Assembly (NCBI GenBank): GCA_965218795.1
Contig: OZ244653.1
Location: forward strand, 2,080,001 to 2,144,000
Origin: a bacterium
GTDB lineage: Bacteria > UBA8248 > JACPRG01 > G963555815
Direction of reading: 5' to 3'
Length of the DNA stretch: 64,000 nucleotides
Shown here: piece by piece, positions 30,300-39,476 of the stretch
How positions within the stretch are numbered: the stretch's first letter is position 1
Layout of the letters: every line of letters begins with the position of its first letter
Program-made: the position numbers and the translations under genes
Notes under the pieces: model-generated
Seen by the model: only the letters and a program-made list of their open reading frames with translations
Told to the model about the DNA's origin: nothing
Databases searched by the model: none

Positions 30300-30729
30300 T
30301 CATTGTTTCTCCGTCCTCGGATTCTTGATTTGGCCAATGAAAACGGCCGGCCGGGTGGGGCCCCACAATGGCTCCCATTTCCTGGAAGGGCCGTATCTCG
30401 CTATCAACCGGAGATTCGGAGAATCACCGGCGCTGTATGGATACCACGTTCAAGATCCATTGAGCAAGATTGCTTCCGATCGGAGCCTCTGTCCCGCACC
30501 AGTGCCCATTCTTTGGTGCTTGGATCGAAGAAGTCAGGCATTCAATCTTATCCATTTCCATCCAAATACTGCACGTATTCATTAAATTAGGTTAACAAAT
30601 ATATTATAATCTATTGAAACTTAGAGTTTAATATGATCTAATAACCTTCGAGTTTCGCGGGTGTCGAGTTGAAAAGGGTTGAATCAAGAAGTCTAATGTC
30701 TCTCAGGCGAGCCTGAAAGGAGGTCTAAG

Positions 30730-31233
30730 GTGGGGAGCAGCATATGCCGAATTCGCAGGACCCTTGGGGCAATCTCGATTTCAGCAATAATCCTTCCGGC
30801 TTTCCTCATCAGCGCACAAGACTCGGCCTTGGCGGCCGATCTCGTACGCGTCAAAGTGAAGATCGCGAATGTCCGGTCCGGACCCGGAACCAAGTACAAA
30901 AAGAAATGGTCCGCCCCGCGCAATTACCCCTACATGGTCCTCAAGCGGAAGGGACGATGGATTCAGGTGCGCGATTATGAAGGGTACAAAGACTGGATTC
31001 ATCGCAATCTGACCGACAAGAGACCCGCTGTCATCGTGAAAGAAAAATCGGCCGACATCCGTAAGGGGCCGGGGAAAAATCATCCCATTGCGTTCACGTC
31101 GGACAGGGGCGTCCCTTACCTGGTTCTGGGCAAGCGGGGAGGATGGTTCAAGGTGCGCCATGCGGATGGCGACGAAGGCTGGATCAGCCGGTCCCAAATC
31201 TGGGGAGCGCTAAAGGTCAAAACCAAGATGTAA
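30730..31233 (+). CDS. Secreted tandem bacterial SH3-domain protein
   Basis: ANVRSGPGTKY..WIQVRDYEG..WIH and ADIRKGPG..WFKVRHADGDEGWI..IWG. Confidence 0.88.
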   Translation: MGSSICRIRRTLGAISISAIILPAFLISAQDSALAADLVRVKVKIANVRSGPGTKYKKKWSAPRNYPYMVLKRKGRWIQVRDYEGYKDWIHRNLTDKRPAVIVKEKSADIRKGPGKNHPIAFTSDRGVPYLVLGKRGGWFKVRHADGDEGWISRSQIWGALKVKTKM

Positions 31234-31302
31234 CCTGGCCTGTATCAATGAGGAGGCTGCCGCAACTCCTTCACAGTTCCAAAGAGAGCCCTGCGAAACG
31301 CC

Positions 31303-33825
31303 TCATTCATTTCTGAGGACAGGCCAGGCCTTCCGGCTCAGGACACTTCGGATCCCCGTGAGACCCAAAAGGATCGTAACCGCCATTCCACCCAGGCAAA
31401 TGAGAATGACCGGACCGGGCAGGAACACCCATTTCCCCCTGAATGCCCACTCGACGAAGTAGTAAGAGATGGCGCTACCCAAGACGACCGCCAGGATTGA
31501 CGTGGCGAGACCCTGAAGGAAGAATTCGGCCGTCAGGGAAAGAAGCACATCCTTTCGCGTGGCTCCAAACACCTTGAAGACCACGGCCTCATAGTGCCGC
31601 GTCTTGAGATTTGCGCGTACGGCCTCTGCCAGCACGATCAAACCGGTGACGAGCGCGATCAGGGCCATCGTCCGGACCGCCAAACCGATATGGCCGAGCA
31701 CATCGCTCACATCCCGAAGGACATCCTTGATATACACCGGAACGATGTTTGGGAACCGACGCGTAACGACTTCAAAGAGAGCCGACTCGGCCTCATCGTC
31801 TGCGTAGGCGGTTGCGAGGTATGTGAACGGGGCGCCCTCCAGCGTATTCGGGGACAGAACCATGACATAGTTCATCTCAAGCGATGCCCAGTTAATTTCG
31901 CGCAGGCTGGCGATGGTGGCGGTAATGGGACGTCCCAGAATACTCAGTGTCAGGGTATCGCCAACGCCCACCCCGAATCCGCGGGCGACCCGCTCATCGA
32001 AAGAGATCAGCGGTTTCCCACGATAATTTTCCGGCCACCACACCCCCTCGGTAATCGTCGTAGTCTCCGGCTTGCGGGCCTGAAACGTAATTCCGCGGTC
32101 TCTGTGCAAGACCCAACTCACCTCAGGGTCGATCGGCACCCGGTCTGCTGGGACGCTGTTGATCCTGACAACCCGTCCGCGAATGATCGGGGCGCTATCC
32201 ATGCGAGAGACCCCGGCGGTTGACGATACGACCCTCCTGAATTCCTTCACCTGCGAGGGTTGGATGTCCAAAAAAAAGTAGGATGGCGCCACATCCGGCA
32301 GTTCCGCCCGAATTCGCTCCTGAAGATTCCCTTCCACCAGGGCCACAGACACCAAGGCCGTCAAACCCAGCCCCAGCGAGAAAAACATCTTGCCCGTCAG
32401 CGCTCCGGGGCGGTGCACGTTGGCGACGGCGTGACGAATCCAGGGTCTCCCGGAGCGAGGCGCTTTGGCCGCAACCCTCCTCATCAACCAGGCGGTCAGA
32501 GCAAAGACGAAGACCGAGCCCGCCAATACGGCCCCAAATCCCATCGTCAAACGCAAGTCGTCCGTCATTCTCCAGGTCAGCGATACCAGGACAAGACTGA
32601 CCAGGAAGGTGGCGAGTCCCGCAAGCTTTGAGGGTCGCGGAGGTCGTGGGTCCGTATATCCGCGGAACAGGCGGGCCGGCGACACCGCGCCCGCAGCGGA
32701 CAGCGGTGCGATGGAGAAGGCCAGGGCCGTCAGAAGACCATATCCAGCCGCGATGGAAAGGGTCAACACGTCCGGTCGGATGCTGACCTCCAGCCGGAGC
32801 ATTTCGGAAATCAGAGACGACACGGCGAAGGCAAAAACCAGGCCGGCGGCGATGCCCACAACGCTTCCCAACAGCGCCAGGGCCACCGTCTGGACCAGAT
32901 AGGTCAGAAGAACGAACCGGCGGCCGGCCCCAAGGCATTTCATCGCGGCAATCGAGTTCATCCGGCCTTCCAGGTAACCTCGGACCGCCCCGGCCACGCC
33001 GATCCCTCCCAGCAGCAGAGCTGAGAGGCCGACGAGCGTCAGGTAGCGCGTCATGTTTCCGAGAAACCGCTTCAACCCCCGGTTGGCTGAATGAAAGTCC
33101 CGGACCCTCCAACCCGCATCGGGATATCCGGCCCGAAGCTCCCGCTTGACGGCTTCGAAACCTTCCGATCCCGACAGACGAACCTTGTAGAAGTAGGAAA
33201 CTACGCTTCCCGGACGGATGAGCCCGGTTTCCGGCAAACTTTTCAGGGGGACCATCAGCCGCGGCCCGAGTCGGAAAAAACGTCCGGCCTTGTCGGGTTC
33301 GCGACGGATCTCGCCCGTGATGCGAAATACAGATTGACCGATTCGAACTCGATCCCCAAGCCCGATTGAAAGACGGGCCATGAGCCCGCGATCGGCGACG
33401 GCGCCGTAAAGGCCATTCTCCTTCATCAAGGCCTGCTTCGGGCTCTTCCCTGAAGACAACTCCAACTGCCCATACAACGGGTACGAACCGTCGACGGCCT
33501 TGAGCTCAACCAAAGAGGCGCGCTCCTTCCCCGCACGGGCAAGGGTCCGCAGGGTGACGCCCTGAGCGACGCGGCCCCGCTCTTCCAGCCAATTGAGAAC
33601 GGACGGGGGCAGCGGACGGTGGGTTTGACGCACCTCGAGGTCTCCGCCCAGCAGCGTGCGGGCGTCTCTGCGCAACCCTTCCTGAACCGATTCGGAAAGC
33701 GTCCGGACGGCGGTCATGGCCCCCACCCCGAGCGCCAGGCAGGTGAGAAACAGCCAAAGGCCTCGAATCCCGCCGCGCATCTCCCGAAGGGAGACCCGAA
33801 ACGCAAGGCCAAGGTCCCGGACCAT
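31303..33825 (-). CDS. ybbP: FtsX-like ABC permease (YbbP type)
   Basis: REMRGG..CLALGV, LLGGDL, LKAVDGSYPLYG, PSYFFLDIQ; coupled to ATPase. Confidence 0.85.
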   Translation of the reverse strand: MVRDLGLAFRVSLREMRGGIRGLWLFLTCLALGVGAMTAVRTLSESVQEGLRRDARTLLGGDLEVRQTHRPLPPSVLNWLEERGRVAQGVTLRTLARAGKERASLVELKAVDGSYPLYGQLELSSGKSPKQALMKENGLYGAVADRGLMARLSIGLGDRVRIGQSVFRITGEIRREPDKAGRFFRLGPRLMVPLKSLPETGLIRPGSVVSYFYKVRLSGSEGFEAVKRELRAGYPDAGWRVRDFHSANRGLKRFLGNMTRYLTLVGLSALLLGGIGVAGAVRGYLEGRMNSIAAMKCLGAGRRFVLLTYLVQTVALALLGSVVGIAAGLVFAFAVSSLISEMLRLEVSIRPDVLTLSIAAGYGLLTALAFSIAPLSAAGAVSPARLFRGYTDPRPPRPSKLAGLATFLVSLVLVSLTWRMTDDLRLTMGFGAVLAGSVFVFALTAWLMRRVAAKAPRSGRPWIRHAVANVHRPGALTGKMFFSLGLGLTALVSVALVEGNLQERIRAELPDVAPSYFFLDIQPSQVKEFRRVVSSTAGVSRMDSAPIIRGRVVRINSVPADRVPIDPEVSWVLHRDRGITFQARKPETTTITEGVWWPENYRGKPLISFDERVARGFGVGVGDTLTLSILGRPITATIASLREINWASLEMNYVMVLSPNTLEGAPFTYLATAYADDEAESALFEVVTRRFPNIVPVYIKDVLRDVSDVLGHIGLAVRTMALIALVTGLIVLAEAVRANLKTRHYEAVVFKVFGATRKDVLLSLTAEFFLQGLATSILAVVLGSAISYYFVEWAFRGKWVFLPGPVILICLGGMAVTILLGLTGIRSVLSRKAWPVLRNE

Positions 33826-34523
33826 CAGAGGGAGCCCTCCGGCTCGGTGGGCAGAAGGACACCGTCGCGCATGTGCAGGTGACTGTGACACCTCGGGGCG
33901 ATGGACCGGTCATGAGTGATGAACACCATGGTCGTCTTGTGTCGCTCCTGGAGGGAAAAGAGGAGATCGATGATTCGCTGTCCCGTCTCCAGATCCAGAT
34001 TGCCGGTCGGCTCATCAGCCAGCAGGATCGACGGGCGCGCGGCAAAGGCGCGGGCAATGGCCACCCGCTGCTGCTCCCCGCCGGAAAGCTGGGAGGGGTA
34101 ATGTTGGACGCGCCCTTCCAGCCCCACGGCCCGAAGGCCCTCGGCGGCCGCGTCGAATGCCTCGCTCATGCCGGCGAACTCAAGGGGCAGTGCGACGTTC
34201 TCGAGCGCAGTCATCGTAGAGACCAGATGAAAGGACTGGAAGACAATTCCGATGTGATCGCGACGTATGCGGGCCAATTCGTCTTCGTTGAGAGGCTCCA
34301 GGTCCCTCCCGGCTACATGGACCTTGCCCGAGGTCGGTTTCTCCAGACCGGAGATCACCATCAGCATGGTGGTCTTCCCCGACCCTGACGGCCCGACCAC
34401 GCTCAACGTCTCTGCCGGGGACAACCGAAGGTTGACCCCCCGAAGGATATTGACCGGGCCGCTGCCACCCGTTAACGTCAGATGGACATCGTCCAGGAGA
34501 ACAACGGGTTCCATAGGTTTCAT
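33825..34523 (-). CDS. ybbA: ABC ATP-binding protein (YbbA/LolD type)
   Basis: [34 protein letters not shown]; divergent from tesA as in E. coli. Confidence 0.88.
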   Translation of the reverse strand: MKPMEPVVLLDDVHLTLTGGSGPVNILRGVNLRLSPAETLSVVGPSGSGKTTMLMVISGLEKPTSGKVHVAGRDLEPLNEDELARIRRDHIGIVFQSFHLVSTMTALENVALPLEFAGMSEAFDAAAEGLRAVGLEGRVQHYPSQLSGGEQQRVAIARAFAARPSILLADEPTGNLDLETGQRIIDLLFSLQERHKTTMVFITHDRSIAPRCHSHLHMRDGVLLPTEPEGSL

Positions 34524-34563
34524 CGTCCTTCTTCGTAAATGGCTCGCCGGGACAGACAACCCG

Positions 34564-35328
34564 ATGTCAAGAATGAACCTCACACATAACGATCGATGGA
34601 CTCCCTTCCTCTACCGGCGGGCAGAGCCAAGGCCCGTCTCGGAAGCTCGCAAGCCCCTCGCAGGCGTTCTTCATACGTTGTTCGGTGTCTTGCTGTTTTT
34701 CAACCTCTTCTTTTCGACTTTTGCGGGTTCCATCCAGGCCGCATCGCCTTCCGAACGGCCGTTCATCATCGTGGCTTTCGGCGACAGCCTGACGGCCGGC
34801 TATGGTCTCCCGGCGGGCCGGGCGTTTCCTTCCCTCCTGGAAACCCTGCTGAAGAAAGACGGCTTTCAGGTGAGGGTCATCAACGCCGGGGTGTCGGGGG
34901 GCACAACGGCGGGGGGATTGTCGAGGCTCAACTGGACCCTCGAAGGTCATCCGGACCTCGTGATCATCGAACTCGGCGCCAATGACGGCCTCCGCGGGCT
35001 CAGCCCAAGGCGGACCGAGGAGAACCTGGATGCCATCCTGACCACCCTGCGGCGGCGGAAAATCGCCACCCTTCTCACGGGGATGCTCGCCCCGCCCAAT
35101 ATGGGAGAGGCCTTCTCCCGGGCCTTCAATGAAATCTTCCCCCGACTGGCCAGAAAGCATCAAGTCCCTTTTTACCCCTTCTTCCTCGCTGGTGTGGCGG
35201 GCAACGTCGAATTGAACCAATCCGACGGTATTCATCCCAACGAGAAAGGCGCGGAAATCCTGACAAGAAATCTCTATCCGCACGTAAAGAAACTGCTCCA
35301 GCCGGTCGTGGACCGTTCGTTGGAATAG
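34564..35328 (+). CDS. tesA: GDSL arylesterase / thioesterase I
   Basis: FGDSLTAGYG, NAGVSG, ELGANDGLRG, QSDGIHPN; start uncertain. Confidence 0.9.
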   Translation: MSRMNLTHNDRWTPFLYRRAEPRPVSEARKPLAGVLHTLFGVLLFFNLFFSTFAGSIQAASPSERPFIIVAFGDSLTAGYGLPAGRAFPSLLETLLKKDGFQVRVINAGVSGGTTAGGLSRLNWTLEGHPDLVIIELGANDGLRGLSPRRTEENLDAILTTLRRRKIATLLTGMLAPPNMGEAFSRAFNEIFPRLARKHQVPFYPFFLAGVAGNVELNQSDGIHPNEKGAEILTRNLYPHVKKLLQPVVDRSLE

Positions 35329-35567
35329 GCCGGTTTCCCGATCGAAAATTCCCGCCCCCAGACCGCATTTTTTGCTGGAAGTCAAAACAAAGTTCGAGTA
35401 GAGTAACGACTTCAAATACTTTCGCCTTGGAGTCATACGGGTTGATGTGTGTGGTCTTGGCATCAAGGACGTATTCCGCCCGAGATAAGCAACGGCGGCA
35501 GACACGAGGCCCGATCCTCAGGGGGGGCCTCCCTGGAGACGGATATCCAGCAAAAAGGAGGGTACGG

Positions 35568-36593
35568 ATGAAAAAGCTTTTGAGCATTGTTGCTTCGGTC
35601 ATGCTCGTGGCGGCCATTTCCGCCAAGGCCGACGCAGCCAAAACGACATTCCTGCTGGACTGGATCATTTACGGCAAGCACGCCCCGTTCTTCGTTGCCC
35701 AGGACATGGGCCATTTCAAGAAACGCGGTCTGGACATCGAGTACCGGCGCGGGTTCGGCTCGGGCGACACCGTGAAGAAGATTGGCGCGAAAGTGGCGCG
35801 GATCGGCTTTGCGGACGCCGGTTCGTTGATCAACGGGCGGGCCAACAGTGACATCAAGGTAGTAGAAGTGGGGATGATCCACGCCAAGCCTATCCAGGTC
35901 GTCGCCTTTCTGAAGGAGGATAACGACTGGAAATCGCCGAAGGACATGAAAGGGGCGGAAATCGGATCGCCCGTCGGCGCTTCCACACGCGTTACCTTTC
36001 CCGCCCTGGCCGGCGCGAACGGGCTCAAGGACGGGGATATCACTTGGATCAACATGCCCTACGGCCAAGTGATCCCGTCCTTGCTGACCGGCAAGTCCGA
36101 TGCCGCCGTCTTGTTCGCCACCGAGTTGCCGACGATCTGGCCCAAGGCAAAATCAGTGGGCAAGACCGTCGGAATCTTTTACTATGGGGATTACGGCGTC
36201 GACACGTACAACAATGGCGTGATCGCCCACGAGGACATCATCAAGTCCGACCCGAAGTTCGTGCGCAACATCACCCACGCCGTCATGGACGCCTGGGCGT
36301 GGTCCGTGCTCCACGTTGACGAGGCGGTGAAGAACTTTCTCAAGTACGCGCCCGGGATGAGCGAGCCGATCATTCGCGGGCACTTCGCCATCGCCATCGA
36401 GCATCTGTTCGACGATGGTGTCAGACGGCACGGTCTGGGTTACATGGACTTCGACAAGATGGACTACTCAGTTGAAATTTTGACCAAGCTCCAGAATCTC
36501 AAAAAGCGAATCAACACCAAGGACGCGTACACGAACCGGTTCCTGCCCCAGTGGCCGGCCATCAAGGCGAAGCTGGGCGACAAGGCCCACTGA
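35568..36593 (+). CDS. ABC substrate-binding protein, NMT1/THI5-like
   Basis: Signal peptide; LLDWIIYGKHAPFFVA..RGFGSGDTVK. Confidence 0.9.
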   Translation: MKKLLSIVASVMLVAAISAKADAAKTTFLLDWIIYGKHAPFFVAQDMGHFKKRGLDIEYRRGFGSGDTVKKIGAKVARIGFADAGSLINGRANSDIKVVEVGMIHAKPIQVVAFLKEDNDWKSPKDMKGAEIGSPVGASTRVTFPALAGANGLKDGDITWINMPYGQVIPSLLTGKSDAAVLFATELPTIWPKAKSVGKTVGIFYYGDYGVDTYNNGVIAHEDIIKSDPKFVRNITHAVMDAWAWSVLHVDEAVKNFLKYAPGMSEPIIRGHFAIAIEHLFDDGVRRHGLGYMDFDKMDYSVEILTKLQNLKKRINTKDAYTNRFLPQWPAIKAKLGDKAH

Positions 36594-36645
36594 AAACCGC
36601 CCTTCGCTGAGGGGAAGGGTCACCACGAAGGGACTTGCGGTAACC

Positions 36646-37329
36646 GTGGCAAGATTCGAAGTTCGCGCGGAGCCCTTTCCGTTCGGGTTCGATCCTGAAC
36701 GGACGGGGCTCCTCGTCATCGACATGCAGAACGATTTCTGCCGCCCGGGAGGATACCTGTCCTTCCGGGCGCCGGATATCGCCCTCCTGCAGAAGCCGAT
36801 CGAACCGCTTCAGCAGGTCCTGAAGGCATGCCGGGCTCTCCACATGACGATCATGCACACGCGCGAGGGCCACCGGCCCGACCTGTCCGACTGTCCGCCG
36901 TCGAAGCTCGCGAAAAACCGCGCATTGGAATTCGGAATCGGCGACGAGGGGCCGCTGGGGAAAATCCTCATCCGGGGGTCTCGATCCCACGACTTCATCG
37001 ACGAGCTTCGCCCGGAGCCGGGAGAGATTGTCATCGATAAGCCCGGCAAGGGGGCCTTCTACGCGACCGATCTGGACCTCATCCTCCGAACCCGCGGGAT
37101 CACCCACCTCATGATCGGAGGGGTTGCTACGCATGTCTGCGTGCAGAGCACGATCCGAGAAGCGGCGGACCGAGGGTACTGGAACCTGCTGTTGGAGGAT
37201 TGCTGCGCGGCTTCGATCCCGGAGTTTCACGAAACCACGTTGGAGATGGTCAAATACGGCGGAGGGATTTTCGGGCAGGTCTCAAGCTCGGGCGCGCTTC
37301 TTCGGGCGATATCCGCGTCCGCCGTCTAG
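36646..37329 (+). CDS. Cysteine hydrolase, biuret/triuret/guanylurea hydrolase-like subfamily
   Basis: IDMQNDF..GGY, HTREGHRPDLSD, DKPGKGAFYATDL, VCV, REAADRGY, GGIFG. Confidence 0.87.
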   Translation: MARFEVRAEPFPFGFDPERTGLLVIDMQNDFCRPGGYLSFRAPDIALLQKPIEPLQQVLKACRALHMTIMHTREGHRPDLSDCPPSKLAKNRALEFGIGDEGPLGKILIRGSRSHDFIDELRPEPGEIVIDKPGKGAFYATDLDLILRTRGITHLMIGGVATHVCVQSTIREAADRGYWNLLLEDCCAASIPEFHETTLEMVKYGGGIFGQVSSSGALLRAISASAV

Positions 37330-38765
37330 CCCTGCGGTGAATGTTCAAAGTAGTCTTCGAGCGAAATCCGCTCCTTTCCCGACACTTCGGCGCGCCAGAA
37401 CATCTCACGGACGTCTTCCGGCAGGTCGACGCGGACCGTCGCGTCCAGGGCGATTTTGCTGCTCGGGTAAGCCTTGTGGAAGGCCGACGGGTCGGGCGAG
37501 GCCCCTTTGGCCCCCGGGACGACGAAGTACCGGGGCTCGCCGGTATGGGCGTCGATGGGCTGGAATCGGGTCGCTACGGCCCAGAGGACCTGTTGTTCGT
37601 CGAACACGTCGATGTCGTCGTCCACCACGACGGCGAACTTGATGTACGGCGCGGCGCCCAGGACTGCCAGCAGCACCGTCTTCCCCTCTCCTGTTTCGAA
37701 CCCTTCGGTCGTCGGCTTCCGCGTCATCGAAACGTAACAATGAAAACCCGCCCCGGATGGCGGCACGTGGACGGCCTTGACTGTGGGCACCACCCGCCGG
37801 ACGGCATCGTGAATGGTGGCCTCGAAAATGATGGACATCAGGTGGAGGACATCCGGGTGGCCGGAGAAGATGAATTGGTGGATGGGGTTTTCGCGGTGCG
37901 TGATCGCCCGAACGGTCACCCTCGGACCTGACTTCACCCGGCTGTAGGTCAGCGATTGGTCCGCAAACGGGGCTTCGGGATGGCGCTCGCCCGGATGGAT
38001 CTCCGCCTCGATGCACATCTCAGCCAAGGCGGGGATCATCAAGTCCACCGTTTCGCAAGGAACGATGTCCACCGCCTCCCCGCGCAATCCGCCGGCCAGG
38101 GACAACTCGTCCACGCCCATAGGCGCCCAATACGAAGCCGCCAACATCAGAAGAGGATCGATCCCCGGGAGGATGGCGATCTCCAGCGGCCGGCCCTTCT
38201 CTTCACACCGCCGGAAAATATCCGAAATGTTCGAGGTCTGAGTCAAAGACGGCACCAGGGTCTTCTCGTCCTTGACCATGAAACGGTAGACCCCCATGTC
38301 CTGCGCCCCGGTGTCGGGGTCCTTGGAGATGCACAGGCCGGCCGAGATGTACCGGGCCACGTCCTTTTCGTGGTGGTGGACGAGAGGGAGCCGGTCGAGC
38401 GTGGCGGATTCCCCGGTCAACACCTGGTCCTTCACGGGGGCCTCCGAGACAGGACGCGGCGGGATGGACCGCCCGATTCGGTCCTGGAACGCCCTCAGGA
38501 TTTCCTCCTCGGGAACGTTGAGGGCGAGTGCCACGTGACGCCGCCGGGCGAACAGGTTGCTCACGACCCGCCAGCCCGGAAGTCCTTGGACCGCCTCGAA
38601 CAACACTGCGGAAAGGTCGCCCTGTTCCTCCAGCCGGCCCAGGACCGCGCTCATCTCCCATGCGGGGTCGACCGGGCGTTTCGCCCTTTGCAGGTCTCCG
38701 TGTTCGTCCAGAATCTCGAGGTACTCACGCAGGTCTCGGTGACGGACGAGCCGGTTCTCAGCCAC
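37326..38765 (-). CDS. UbiD family decarboxylase (divergent)
   Basis: DLREYL, GVYR, DELSLAGG, EAPFAD, KFAVVVDDDIDV..WAVATR, KIALDAT. Confidence 0.88.
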   Translation of the reverse strand: MAENRLVRHRDLREYLEILDEHGDLQRAKRPVDPAWEMSAVLGRLEEQGDLSAVLFEAVQGLPGWRVVSNLFARRRHVALALNVPEEEILRAFQDRIGRSIPPRPVSEAPVKDQVLTGESATLDRLPLVHHHEKDVARYISAGLCISKDPDTGAQDMGVYRFMVKDEKTLVPSLTQTSNISDIFRRCEEKGRPLEIAILPGIDPLLMLAASYWAPMGVDELSLAGGLRGEAVDIVPCETVDLMIPALAEMCIEAEIHPGERHPEAPFADQSLTYSRVKSGPRVTVRAITHRENPIHQFIFSGHPDVLHLMSIIFEATIHDAVRRVVPTVKAVHVPPSGAGFHCYVSMTRKPTTEGFETGEGKTVLLAVLGAAPYIKFAVVVDDDIDVFDEQQVLWAVATRFQPIDAHTGEPRYFVVPGAKGASPDPSAFHKAYPSSKIALDATVRVDLPEDVREMFWRAEVSGKERISLEDYFEHSPQG

Positions 38766-39444
38766 GGCCGCCTCCGGAAGGTTCGGCGGAAGGAACGGAA
38801 GGCTCCGACAGCATTCCGGTGATTTCTTCCAGGGTCACCACTTGCCCGAAAAACAGATCGAAATTCTCCAAAAAGGCCTCGTTGAGATGGGGCTGCGCCG
38901 ATCCTACGGCTTCCCGGACGACATAGGTGTCATAGTTTCGGAAAAAGGCGTCCCGAACGGTGGAATCCACACAGACGTTGGTCGTCACGCCGCAAATAAT
39001 GAGCGTCCTCCTCCCGAGGATACTGAGCAAATTGTCCACCCCGGTTTGATAAAAGGCGCTGTAGCGCGGTTTGTCGATGACCCGGTCGAGGGGAACGGGA
39101 CGGATGAGAGCCCGGATCTCGTCGATGATCCCGTGATCCCAGCTTCCCTCGGTCGCATAGGGCGTCGGGAGGACGCCCCCGTGAGTTCCCGTTACATCTC
39201 CCTTGCGGGTTCCGGGCCAGACCCTCTTGGCGGCCATCCCGGCGTCGGGTGAAAAATATGTCTGCCGCGTGTAAAACCCCGGAAGCTCCCGGCTCTGGCA
39301 TTCTGAGATGAGACGCGCGACCGCCGGAATCACTGGAGCCAGCGGCGAGATGTCCACCCCGTTCCGGCTCAATCCACCTTCCGGATGCAGATAAGTGTTC
39401 TGCATGTCGATGACCACCAGGACGGCGTCGTTCTGAATTTCCAT
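38758..39444 (-). CDS. Isochorismatase-family cysteine hydrolase (RutB-like)
   Basis: VIDMQN, DKPRYSAFYQT, GVTTNVCVDSTVRDAFFRNY. Confidence 0.9.
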   Translation of the reverse strand: MEIQNDAVLVVIDMQNTYLHPEGGLSRNGVDISPLAPVIPAVARLISECQSRELPGFYTRQTYFSPDAGMAAKRVWPGTRKGDVTGTHGGVLPTPYATEGSWDHGIIDEIRALIRPVPLDRVIDKPRYSAFYQTGVDNLLSILGRRTLIICGVTTNVCVDSTVRDAFFRNYDTYVVREAVGSAQPHLNEAFLENFDLFFGQVVTLEEITGMLSEPSVPSAEPSGGGRG

Positions 39445-39476
39445 GCGTTTTCCGTCCTTAGACTCGACCTTCTATT

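Noticed and set aside
35330-35567. Xanthine (NMT1-motif) or guanidine riboswitch upstream of the SBP
   Set aside because: Hairpins present but consensus nucleotides not recognisable
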